A stretch of DNA of 63,941 nucleotides, filler included. It is 6 parts of 6 records of this genome, joined end to end, with 100 filler letters (N's around TTAATTAATTAA, not from the genome) between each part and the next. Parts side by side here need not be neighbours in the genome. Positions count along the whole stretch, not along the records: positions 19,306 to 33,764 come from SRR31156797_2731; positions 33,865 to 41,268 come from SRR31156797_2740; 4 more parts are not named here. One strand, written 5' to 3'. Each line of letters starts with the position of its first letter. Position 1 is the stretch's first letter. The notes beneath the pieces were generated by a model. It was given only the letters and a program-made list of their open reading frames with translations, was not told the origin of the DNA and searched no databases. The position numbers and the translations under genes were made by a program. Below, piece by piece: positions 31,261 to 40,079 of this stretch.

Positions 31261-32457
31261 TTAGAATGAAAACTGCAATCGAGTTTGAATCATGTTAAAG
31301 TTCTCATCACCATTTAATGAATACTCATCCAAATCAACATTGGTAAAGTTGAATTTCATTAAAATGTTGTGATTCACAAACCATGTGCAACCAAGAGTTA
31401 TATCTTTTTGTTTTCCACCCATTATATTTGAATCAGTATGATTCAAGTCTGTTACGTTGTATCTGGCAAGAAATTCAACCGAACCGGGACCTGGTTTAAC
31501 CAAACGTGCTGATTTCATTTTATACTTATAGTCTCCACCTTTAAGCAACCATCCTAGCTGTGCATACCATCCTTGCGAATCATAATCCTCATAACCTGAT
31601 TTTCTTGAAACCGATGCTTCAATATATTCCCCTTGAAATGATATCGGTCCATTCGCAGCAATCATCTCTAAGCCTATTTTCACTTGACTTTCAGCATGAT
31701 TAACTTTAGCATCAATAAACCTTCTTCTTTCAATATGAGTTGCAGGTCTAGAGCGATATCTAATAAATTTAGGATTTGGGTCATCATGTTCGTCAAAACC
31801 AGCGGCATCTGCAGTTCGGTATGTTCCGGAAACTCCAATATGAAATATTCCATCGTCGCTATTTAGAGGAGCAAAAGCTAATCTTGAAGTTAAACCATAT
31901 CCTTCATCTCCTTCTGTCTTGTTATTGGTATCGCTACCAAATAAACCTATTTCCCAAAAATGCTTCTTACCCCAATTGGCATAGGAAACTCCCAAGTTAC
32001 GTCCAGGACGAAATGCTTCAACAGTGCTCGATGCATGCATAAACTTGGTTGTTTTCGAACTTTCGGTTTGTTCAATTCCAAAAGGCTCAAGAAAATGTCC
32101 TGCTCGAACGAAACTGTTCTTATTTATCTTATGCATCAACCAAACATCTTTAAGAGAAACTGTTCCATCTGCAAAACCAATATTAATTTTAGCATCCCAC
32201 TTTTTCCATAGAGTAGCTTTCATTAATAGGCGAATGTCACGAATTTCACTTCCGCTACTTAAATCCGTTTCGTCATCGAAATAGGCTGCAGCATCCATAT
32301 AAACACGTCCCCCCATTCCAAATTTGAATTGTCCATCATCAGTTGCAACTTGAAGAGAACCTTTGTTGACGCTTAGTTTTAAATTATTAGAATCTTGCGC
32401 AAATAGACTTCCTGCCAAAAGACATAAGCAGCAGGCAATAAAATAGTGTTTTTTCAT
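31261..32457 (-). CDS. OprO/OprP-family phosphate-selective porin
   Basis: Signal peptide; GGRVYMDAA, EPFGIEQ..SS, QGEY and GWYAQ; C-terminal Phe (RLQFSF). Confidence 0.82.
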   Translation of the reverse strand: MKKHYFIACCLCLLAGSLFAQDSNNLKLSVNKGSLQVATDDGQFKFGMGGRVYMDAAAYFDDETDLSSGSEIRDIRLLMKATLWKKWDAKINIGFADGTVSLKDVWLMHKINKNSFVRAGHFLEPFGIEQTESSKTTKFMHASSTVEAFRPGRNLGVSYANWGKKHFWEIGLFGSDTNNKTEGDEGYGLTSRLAFAPLNSDDGIFHIGVSGTYRTADAAGFDEHDDPNPKFIRYRSRPATHIERRRFIDAKVNHAESQVKIGLEMIAANGPISFQGEYIEASVSRKSGYEDYDSQGWYAQLGWLLKGGDYKYKMKSARLVKPGPGSVEFLARYNVTDLNHTDSNIMGGKQKDITLGCTWFVNHNILMKFNFTNVDLDEYSLNGDENFNMIQTRLQFSF

Positions 32458-32740
32458 TTTAAATCGATTTATAATTAGGCGTTTAGTATTTTGCATGCTA
32501 AATGTAACGAATTGAATTGTTAGATTAAGAATAAATAATCCTTCCTACAGTAGTTAGTAATCAAAATGCAATTCAATCGACACATTATCTTAATAACTGC
32601 GGGCAAAACTAATGGCTTTACAGGAATATTTACAAATAAACATTTTAAGGAAAGGTTAATTCGACTTAACGAAGATTTAACATTGAAATTGGAAATAGTT
32701 CAAACCAAATAAAGATCAAGCAAATGCTACAGATTAAAAC

Positions 32741-32772
32741 AAAAAAAGAGGTTCCCAATATGGAAACCTCTT
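32741..32772 (-). terminator. intrinsic terminator after acyl-CoA dehydrogenase
   Basis: AAAAAAAGAGGTT-CCCAATATGGA-AACCTCTT. Confidence 0.75.
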
Positions 32773-32794
32773 AAGATTAAGCCCAAAAGCTTAA

Positions 32795-33764
32795 TTATTT
32801 TTTAAAAATACCAAGATCTTTCAATTCAGAAGACATGATGTATTCAAGGTAAGAAGCAACTTTAGCTTTACCCATTTTTACGAATACTTCACAAGAAGCT
32901 TTGTATTTATCATCTCTAGTTGTATCAGTCAACAACAAGTATCCCATAATAATGTAACCAGCCATCTCAACTAAACGACGAGCATGGAAATCAAGGAAAT
33001 CGTTGTGATCAGCAGTAGCATTGATTTCATTCACCTTAGCTACAGCTTCTTCGTACTTCACAGTCATACCTTTTAAAGTAGTTCTGATATACTCTAATTG
33101 AGGATTTAATTCAGAAGCTTCATACTCCTTAATTTGAGCTAAATATGCACCTGTAGTTACTCCACGAACAGCAGCTACAACCTGCAATTGAGTAGTTCCT
33201 TCGTAAATGTTGGTAATACGAGCATCACGTACTAAACGCTCAATTGGGTAATCTTTCATATAACCCGAACCCGCGTGAATTTGTAATGAATCGTATGCAA
33301 CCTCGTTACAGAATTCAGAAGCAAATAACTTCAATAATGGTGTAAATACATCTGCAATTTTCTGATATTTCTTCATATCCATTCTCTCTTCTTTATCTAA
33401 AGAACGATCTTGAGAAATATGGTAGTATGCTTTGTAAACATCTACAAAACGAGCTGTTTCATATAATACAGAACGAGAAGCATTTAATTTAGCTTCCATA
33501 TTTGTAAGCATTTCGTAAACCGCTGGGAATTCGATAATTGCCTTGCCAAACTGACGACGTTCCTTAGCATAAGCTAAACCTTCGCGGTAAGCAGCCTCTG
33601 CTATACCTACTGATTGAGCACCTACACCTAAACGTGCACCGTTCATTAATGACATTACGTATTTGATCAATCCCATTTTACGAGATCCAACCAATTCAGC
33701 AGGAGCATTGGTAAATACCAACTCACAAGTTGGAGAACCAATGATACCCATTTTGTGCTCGATA
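32795..33764 (-). CDS. acyl-CoA dehydrogenase, 5' truncated
   Basis: EHKMGIIGSPTCEL, RLGVGAQ, RRQFGK and ARITNIYEGT motifs. Confidence 0.92.
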
Positions 33765-33864
33765 NNNNNNNNNNNNNNNNNNNNNNNNNNNNNNNNNNNN
33801 NNNNNNNNTTAATTAATTAANNNNNNNNNNNNNNNNNNNNNNNNNNNNNNNNNNNNNNNNNNNN
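33765..33864. other. artificial contig spacer
   Basis: N-run + TTAATTAATTAA + N-run. Confidence 0.99.
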
Positions 33865-33894
33865 TAAAAAATACATAAGGGAGGAGGTTGGTTT

Positions 33895-35538
33895 TTATTT
33901 CTCAGTATATCTAAAATACTCAAAGTCAGCATGTAATCTTCTACCAGTTAAATCCTGACACGCCATTCCGACAAAAGCTCCTGTGAAGCCCATTGGAGTA
34001 GCGTACTCGTCAGAAAGAATAGTCACATCTAACTCTATTTCAATCTGTTCGAAACTTCTCCCATCAAGAGAATAACTAAAGAAAAGCTTCTCGTCATCAA
34101 CATTAGCTCTCAGGTAAATTTTGCTAATATTATCTTCAATTAAGATTTCCTCTGTTTTCATTGGCATATCAAATACGCCATCATCCATTGTGATTATTCC
34201 GATACTTCTTTTACCAGAATCCTCATCATAACTTACTCTCAAATAATACTGATTTTCTTCATTATATTTAATTAATAATCCGGCCATTTGCTGGATATCT
34301 TCTGGATTGAACTCCAAGCAAGTTTCAGTTTCATATTTAAAACTTTGCTGCCTTCTGGCAATTACAGATTGATTAAATTTTGATGTAATAGATTCCTGTC
34401 CGTAGATTCTCAGATAATCTTTTCTCTCTTCCAAACTTGTAAAATTTTCTTTAGGAATTCTAAGTGATTGAAAATAAAGTGGAAGTTTATCATAATCAAA
34501 ATTATCAATAAACTCTTTTTGACTCAGTTTTACTTCAACACCTTTTAATTCCATGTGAAGATCAGGTTCGTTTGTGCCGTTTACATGATATATCCAGTCA
34601 TTATCTTTCCATTCAAATTTCTGAATAGCAGTTTCTCTACCTAATACACACATTCCACGAATTCCTCTGCCATCAATCTCCTTACCTAAAGATTTTAATT
34701 TCTCCATAGCTCTACCTTTGTTTAGAGGTCTTCCGCAGAGATGAACCATATACCAGTAGCCATCAGTTCCTTCGCACATACTTGCATGGCCTGCTTTTTG
34801 TAGTGGGAGATCAGGATTATTCCAAGAAGTAAGTACAGGATTTTGTGGATGAACTTCGTATGGACCCTCTATATCTTTTGATCTTGCCAGAGTTACGCTG
34901 TGTCTGTATGAAGTACCACCTTCAGCTGTTAAGAGATAATAATAACCGTTTCTTTTATAAATGTGCGGGCCTTCAGTAAATGAGATTTCTGTTCCAGTAA
35001 AGATTTTTTTGATAGGGCCAATTAATTTTTTCTGCTCATGGTCATACTCTTGTAATAATATTCCGTCAAATGGATTAACACCCAGTACATCTTTATAGTT
35101 CCATTTCATGTTTACAAACCATTTCCTACCATCATCGTCATGAAAAAGTGAAGGATCAAAACCACTGCTATTCATATAGATGGGTTCACTCCAATCACCT
35201 TTAACATCAGTAGTCGTAACCAGATAGTTATGTGAGTCTTTATGTACACTTTTCCAATCTTTGACGTCAGTGTAGATTAGGTAAAATACACCATCACAAT
35301 AACTTAGGCACGGAGCCCATATTCCGCTGGAGCTGGGATTTCCTCTCATATCCAGTTGGGAAACTCTGTTAAGAGGAGTTGCTATGAGTTCCCAGTTTGC
35401 TAAATCTTTGGAATGATATATCTGAACACCGGGGAACCATTCAAATGTTGATACAGCTATATAATAATCTTCTTCAACTCTTACGATTGAAGGATCGGGA
35501 TTAAATCCCGGTAATATTGGATTTTGTACTAATGCCAT
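33895..35538 (-). CDS. GH43 beta-xylosidase/arabinofuranosidase (XynB-like)
   Basis: NPILPGFNPDPS, WAP, FDPSLF, EGPH, AEGGT and GFTGAFVG; no signal peptide. Confidence 0.93.
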   Translation of the reverse strand: MALVQNPILPGFNPDPSIVRVEEDYYIAVSTFEWFPGVQIYHSKDLANWELIATPLNRVSQLDMRGNPSSSGIWAPCLSYCDGVFYLIYTDVKDWKSVHKDSHNYLVTTTDVKGDWSEPIYMNSSGFDPSLFHDDDGRKWFVNMKWNYKDVLGVNPFDGILLQEYDHEQKKLIGPIKKIFTGTEISFTEGPHIYKRNGYYYLLTAEGGTSYRHSVTLARSKDIEGPYEVHPQNPVLTSWNNPDLPLQKAGHASMCEGTDGYWYMVHLCGRPLNKGRAMEKLKSLGKEIDGRGIRGMCVLGRETAIQKFEWKDNDWIYHVNGTNEPDLHMELKGVEVKLSQKEFIDNFDYDKLPLYFQSLRIPKENFTSLEERKDYLRIYGQESITSKFNQSVIARRQQSFKYETETCLEFNPEDIQQMAGLLIKYNEENQYYLRVSYDEDSGKRSIGIITMDDGVFDMPMKTEEILIEDNISKIYLRANVDDEKLFFSYSLDGRSFEQIEIELDVTILSDEYATPMGFTGAFVGMACQDLTGRRLHADFEYFRYTEK

Positions 35539-35566
35539 TCTATAGACCTCCTATTATTTGAAATAT

Positions 35567-35631
35567 GATAATTAAACTCACTTTCAAAAGTTATTTTAAT
35601 ATGTTATATAACATATCGAAGAAGAAGTCAA
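35567..35631 (-). promoter_or_regulatory. sigma70 promoter of GH43 with downstream ROK/XylR-like operator
   Basis: TTGACT-17-TATAAC (35631-35603); operator GATAATTAAA-N5-TTTCAAAAGT at 35567-35591. Confidence 0.65.
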
Positions 35632-35804
35632 GAAGTTTTTAAACGCGTGTTTATTAGAGCTTGAAAATTAAACAAATTATTCTGAGGCATTTTTAACAAT
35701 AGAGAATATGTTTTGGAGAGTTATTTTAACTACAAAGAGAAGAGAAGTTTGAAAAGAAAAATTAAACAAGAGAAAATTAAATAATAAATAATTAAAAAGA
35801 TTTT

Positions 35805-35840
35805 AAATAAAAACTCTAGTGTTAACTAGGGTTTTTATTT
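35805..35840. terminator. intrinsic terminator hairpin
   Basis: AAATAAAAACTCTAG-TGTTAA-CTAGGGTTTTTATTT. Confidence 0.75.
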
Positions 35841-35849
35841 ACTTTTTAT

Positions 35850-35981
35850 CTATTTTTTATCAACTACATAACCATTATGAATAATTATCCAGTCTTGGAT
35901 TCTTATACTATCAAACATTTGATAACATTCATTTAGAGTTTTAAATTTACCTATTTTAACTCCTTCAATAAATAATTCCAT
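35850..35981 (-). CDS. 43-aa small protein, below the ORF-track cutoff
   Basis: AAGGAGG RBS 9 nt before ATG; MELFIEGVKIGKFKTLNECYQMFDSIRIQDWIIIHNGYVVDKK; terminator immediately after. Confidence 0.6.
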   Translation of the reverse strand: MELFIEGVKIGKFKTLNECYQMFDSIRIQDWIIIHNGYVVDKK

Positions 35982-36100
35982 TAAAATTAACCTCCTTTTT
36001 AGATTTATGAGTTTACTGCTGAAGTTTTATTTCAACTTGATTATTATACACTATACATGTATTAATAGTATATTTTTAGTGTGAATGTTCTGTAAAGCAT

Positions 36101-36556
36101 TTACTTATCTTCTTTCAAATAGATACTTATTTTGTTTTTGTAAATTCCGTTTTCAATTCTATGCCAATTCCCATTAATTTTTGAAATGTCATACTCAACC
36201 TTTAAACCTAATTTTTTATTGCAAAAATAACCTCTTTTTAATTTTTTTTCTTTATGTAATTCAAAAAGTTTTTTATTTTTCTTCTTAAGATCAACTATGT
36301 AAAAACTAACAGCAGTTGTTAATTCGCTAGAGAGTTGATTATTCTCATCAAAAAATCCCTTTGAATCAAGTTTTAGTGTTATATCATTTTTATATTTGCT
36401 TTTAAGTATTAAAGGGTATAGAAATTCCTGACTTTTATTCGGATTGATTTGAATTTGTATTTCCATAAGTGATGATTTGTTTTTAATACTCAAATTTTTT
36501 GCAAGCATAGTATGACAGTTAATAAATAGGGCCAAAAAAAGTAAAAGACTTTTCAT
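36101..36556 (-). CDS. secreted hypothetical protein (fourth gene of surface-protein operon)
   Basis: Signal peptide MKSLLLFLALFINCHTMLA; AGGTG RBS; C-terminal GIYKNKISIYL strand. Confidence 0.7.
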   Translation of the reverse strand: MKSLLLFLALFINCHTMLAKNLSIKNKSSLMEIQIQINPNKSQEFLYPLILKSKYKNDITLKLDSKGFFDENNQLSSELTTAVSFYIVDLKKKNKKLFELHKEKKLKRGYFCNKKLGLKVEYDISKINGNWHRIENGIYKNKISIYLKEDK

Positions 36557-36564
36557 GTGATCAC

Positions 36565-38064
36565 CTAACTTTCAATAATTAGATCTTTTTTTATTAATAA
36601 TAATTCCTCTTCGTTATTTATTATTTTTATTTCAGCTTTGTATTTTCCTTTTCCTAGTTTATTGGTAGTTCCAATCAACATTCCGTTTTGATCAGGTAAT
36701 GTCATTTTAATATTCTCCGGAAGATTAAGCTCAACTCTTTCAATGAATTTACCAGTTTTATCTGTTATCACAATTTCGGCATATGGTGTGATGAAAATAT
36801 TACTTTTATTATAAAAATTACAGGATATGGTTTGATTATTTTCAATTATTTTTCCATAGATGCTGTTAAAATTAATTTTATAATCAAAATTTTCTCCTAC
36901 TATAGCAGTTATAGGAATTTCTTTTTGGAATAATATTTTTTTATTTTTATTAAATGCAACTAAATTCATAATTCCGTGATAACTTCCATTTATGGTTTTT
37001 CTCGGAATGGTTAAAGTAAATAAAAATTTTTGTTTACCCCTTTTTCTTATTAAATGGCTGTTTTTACCTCTTAGTTGAATCCATGAATTTAAACTGTTCT
37101 TATTTCCAGATTTGATATTTTTTAATGTAATACCGACAAAATATTCCTGATTAAGCTCATTGTTTAACTCTATCATTTGTGTTTTTCTAAGTCCTGCTCT
37201 TAGATTAAAATCAAATTTATCATTAGATGTAGAAAAATATTCAGCTTCACTTAATGATGGGAAAATGAAATCTCCTTTTTTTACTACAATTTCCTGGTTT
37301 ATAATTTTTTGCTTATTACCATATCTTATGAACGTTCTAAGGGTGTATTTTCCTGGATCTATTCTCTTAGTGATTGGTGAAGAGAAATCTAGTGTGCTAT
37401 TTGGATAAATTTTTTGTGATGTTAACTGATTAGTTCGCTGATTGCTTGTTTTCAAATATAAGCGTTCGACTAATTTTCTATTAGAATCTCTAAGTGTTGC
37501 TTCTATACTGGTATCGAAATCCCATTTAGATGAATTTTGCAGGGTAGTTTTAATTACAGGCTTTTTGTTTTCATTAGCAACTATATCAATTTCATTAAAG
37601 TTTAATTCTTTTCTTAATCCAACTCTACTTACCCTTATATTTACTCTAACTGCATATCTTACCATAAATTTGATACCACCTGCTTTATTCCCATCATCAT
37701 CATTTTCAATCATAATAATAATAGTTTCTGAACCTCCGGCATTAAATGGTACATTAATTTGACATTTTATCTCATTGTTTTTTCCGGCATATACAGTTGT
37801 TTTTTCTGTTTCAAGTTTTAGCCAATTTTGAACAGGAAATTTTTGTTTATTTCCAAGATCATAATTAATCGCTCCATCTCTCGTTTGAATAGGTTGATAA
37901 AATGAGAGTTTTATTTTTTCCTCATTTTTACTTGGACTTAGTGTAAGTATAAACTCCTTAATATCCCCCGGTTGTGCGTCAATATCTATACTTAATGGTT
38001 TAACACCAACTGAAAAACTTATAATAGAAATAGATACGAAAATTAGAATTAGTATTTTTTTCAT
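36565..38064 (-). CDS. secreted multi-Ig-fold, chaperone-like (PapD/DUF916-like) protein
   Basis: Signal peptide MKKILILIF; GVKPLSIDI...NWLKL...YAVRVNIRV; PGKY and KGKY Ig-like strands; two similar halves. Confidence 0.6.
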   Translation of the reverse strand: MKKILILIFVSISIISFSVGVKPLSIDIDAQPGDIKEFILTLSPSKNEEKIKLSFYQPIQTRDGAINYDLGNKQKFPVQNWLKLETEKTTVYAGKNNEIKCQINVPFNAGGSETIIIMIENDDDGNKAGGIKFMVRYAVRVNIRVSRVGLRKELNFNEIDIVANENKKPVIKTTLQNSSKWDFDTSIEATLRDSNRKLVERLYLKTSNQRTNQLTSQKIYPNSTLDFSSPITKRIDPGKYTLRTFIRYGNKQKIINQEIVVKKGDFIFPSLSEAEYFSTSNDKFDFNLRAGLRKTQMIELNNELNQEYFVGITLKNIKSGNKNSLNSWIQLRGKNSHLIRKRGKQKFLFTLTIPRKTINGSYHGIMNLVAFNKNKKILFQKEIPITAIVGENFDYKINFNSIYGKIIENNQTISCNFYNKSNIFITPYAEIVITDKTGKFIERVELNLPENIKMTLPDQNGMLIGTTNKLGKGKYKAEIKIINNEEELLLIKKDLIIES

Positions 38065-38089
38065 CTCTTTCATCCCCTTTGCCAATAAA

Positions 38090-38112
38090 GGGGCAGAAAA
38101 ATATTCTGCCCC
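38090..38112 (-). terminator. intra-operon stem-loop / partial terminator
   Basis: GGGGCAGAA-TATTT-TTCTGCCCC-TTTATT on the minus strand, between subunit genes and chaperone-like gene. Confidence 0.75.
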
Positions 38113-38136
38113 GATTTTTTTATTTAGTATTTGCTT

Positions 38137-38748
38137 CTATAATGCTACTACAGTAAGAGTTATTGTACTTGTATATTCGCCTGTTTCAACTAACCAAAAT
38201 TCTTCAGGCATTTGTATTGCTGTTATTAAAGAATAAGTATGCATTCCATTAGGGTCTATTATATTTGGGAAAATAGCTCCTGGAATACCTGATGGTTGAT
38301 TTTGATATAAAAGAGGAACACTTATATTAATTGTATCAGAATAAAGAGCAATCATATATGCTCCTTGATTATGAAATGGAATTCCATTTTTAGAAAAAGG
38401 AGTAACTTCAGCGGAAATAATACATCTAGCATTAGCTGCAAAAGTTATTTCTTTCATATTAAATCTTGTTTCTCCCCCTATACCAGAAAAAGCTTGAACA
38501 GGATTTTCTCTTCCTTCACCTGATAGTGAATCTCCAATAAATAAGAAGTCGCTAAACTCTTGATTTGTCATAGAGTACCATAAATCGTTATCAGGTTTAT
38601 CAGATAACAAAGATACTTCTGCATATTTATCAACAGAAACGGACACATTTACATTATCATTAAGATGTCCTGTTAACGCAAAGATAACTGAGTTATTTAA
38701 AAGGAAAAATAAACTTACCATTATGCAAAAAACTATTCTTTTTATCAT
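38137..38748 (-). CDS. secreted pilin-like subunit 2
   Basis: GGAGGG RBS; signal peptide; NVNVSVSVDKYAEVSL N-terminal strand; GEYTSTITLTV C-terminal strand; paralog of 38786-39247. Confidence 0.65.
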   Translation of the reverse strand: MIKRIVFCIMVSLFFLLNNSVIFALTGHLNDNVNVSVSVDKYAEVSLLSDKPDNDLWYSMTNQEFSDFLFIGDSLSGEGRENPVQAFSGIGGETRFNMKEITFAANARCIISAEVTPFSKNGIPFHNQGAYMIALYSDTINISVPLLYQNQPSGIPGAIFPNIIDPNGMHTYSLITAIQMPEEFWLVETGEYTSTITLTVVAL

Positions 38749-38785
38749 AATCATCCCTCCATTCTTTTGCGAGACATGATTATCC

Positions 38786-39247
38786 TTATGCTGGTTCATC
38801 ATAATTAGAAATAGTTACTGTTATACTTCCATTATGAATACCGTGTTCTAATCCATACCAAGGCACTTCAGGATTGAATTCAGCAGTTAAATTAATTAGA
38901 TCGTTGATTACTCCACCATTGTAAGGGTAATCTTTTGTAGCTCCTCCATTAACTGTTGCTCCAAGAATCAATTGGTCAATTTCTGTAAAGCCTACTTCTG
39001 AAAGAGTCATTGTGATTCCACAGTTAGCTTCAATCGAAAAACCAAGGGATTCGTTTAACGAAGCTTCTGGGTTATCTAAGCTTCCAACAAAAACAAATTC
39101 ATTTGCAATGGTTAATTCAGCATATGGTTCAACTGTAACACTAACATTAATATCTTTGTCCTCTCCTAAAAGAGTAGGAACAACTTCACCAAACCCCAAA
39201 CTACTAATCAATAACATTGCTAAAACTAATCCGATAAATCTTTTCAT
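38786..39247 (-). CDS. secreted pilin-like subunit 1
   Basis: AGGAGG RBS; signal peptide; EDKDINVSVTVEPYAELTI N-terminal strand; GIHNGSITVTIS C-terminal strand. Confidence 0.65.
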   Translation of the reverse strand: MKRFIGLVLAMLLISSLGFGEVVPTLLGEDKDINVSVTVEPYAELTIANEFVFVGSLDNPEASLNESLGFSIEANCGITMTLSEVGFTEIDQLILGATVNGGATKDYPYNGGVINDLINLTAEFNPEVPWYGLEHGIHNGSITVTISNYDEPA

Positions 39248-39276
39248 TATTCTCTACCTCCTACTAGATTCTTATC

Positions 39277-39363
39277 TAGTTGACGGTCGGTTTCGCCGTT
39301 GACTAACTGTACTCTCATTGGCGACCAGTTTATAAGGGTACAGCTCGATGTCTCCGAGAACTA
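39277..39363 (-). ncRNA. c-di-GMP-II riboswitch
   Basis: Minus strand CGGA-GAC-AUCGAG-CUGUACCCUUAU-AAAC-UGG-UCGCC-AAUGAGAGUACAG-UUA-GUC-AAC-GGCGA-AA-CCG-A-CCG: P1, P2 GAC/GUC, P3 and pseudoknot UCGCC/GGCGA + UGG/CCG with AA bulge; 30 nt before the start codon. Confidence 0.85.
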
Positions 39364-39446
39364 TTTTATCGGATATTTAAGGCCTCTCTTAGCCGGCCGG
39401 CTTGCTACATACACACACGTACTGGTCTCTTATATCCCCAAATTAA

Positions 39447-39475
39447 TTATACTGAGTTTTTAAGCAAAAATCAAC
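39447..39475 (-). promoter_or_regulatory. sigma70 promoter of the riboswitch-controlled operon
   Basis: TTGATT-17 nt-TATAAT; predicted start near 39440. Confidence 0.7.
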
Positions 39476-39919
39476 CTAAATGAAACCGCAAAAATAGACA
39501 CATTAGATAAACTGAAGATGTTTTTTATGGGTGGTGATTAGTGTGCATGAAAATCGTTTTCTCTAAAAACTAAATGTATTGAATCCAAACAGTTATTTGG
39601 CGTTTTCTTGGTAAAAATACTATTATTATAAAAAAATAACAAAAAATGTAACTGGAAATAATGATGTTTATAGGAGAGTGGATGTAAAAAGGAGAAGGAC
39701 GTTGAGATGTTTAGAAAAAAAGGTTGTTTAGCTAATTAAAATAACGACTGGTAAAAGTAGTAAGTTTTTAGTAATGTGTAATTAAAAATACTTAATTATT
39801 GACAATTGATCTTTTTAGAAAAAAGTTAAAATTTCTTAAAATATTAGTAAAAAAATCTAATTATTAATGAGTAAATAAGAGATAAAATTTAGTATTAGAC
39901 TATTTTTTTAATAAAAGTA

Positions 39920-39983
39920 TTGACAATTAACTTTTTATATTATACACTCATATCAAGAAGTTATTAAAGTCAGTTGAAAAACT
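39920..39983 (+). promoter_or_regulatory. sigma70 promoter of ROK gene with autoregulatory operator
   Basis: TTGACA-17-TACACT (39920-39948); operator AGTTATTAAA-N5-TTGAAAAACT at 39959-39983. Confidence 0.65.
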
Positions 39984-40079
39984 TGTAAAAATAAATTACT
40001 ATTATAGAGCTTTATTATTTTTTTAATAAAAGTCAAAATGATTCAATTTTGACTCGAAAAAACAATTGGGGATAATGCC

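Noticed and set aside
39371-39439. Twister/hammerhead ribozyme, glycine or c-di-GMP-I riboswitch as the identity of the upstream leader element
   Set aside because: Lacks the CUGAUGA/GAAA core, the twister pseudoknot pairings, the glycine CAGG/GAAG motifs and the GEMM GCAAA/GNRA-receptor layout
40031-40054. AGTCAAAAT-N6-ATTTTGACT inverted repeat in the ROK leader
   Set aside because: Real palindrome, but single copy, AT-rich, with no U-tail and no match at the GH43 promoter; no function can be supported
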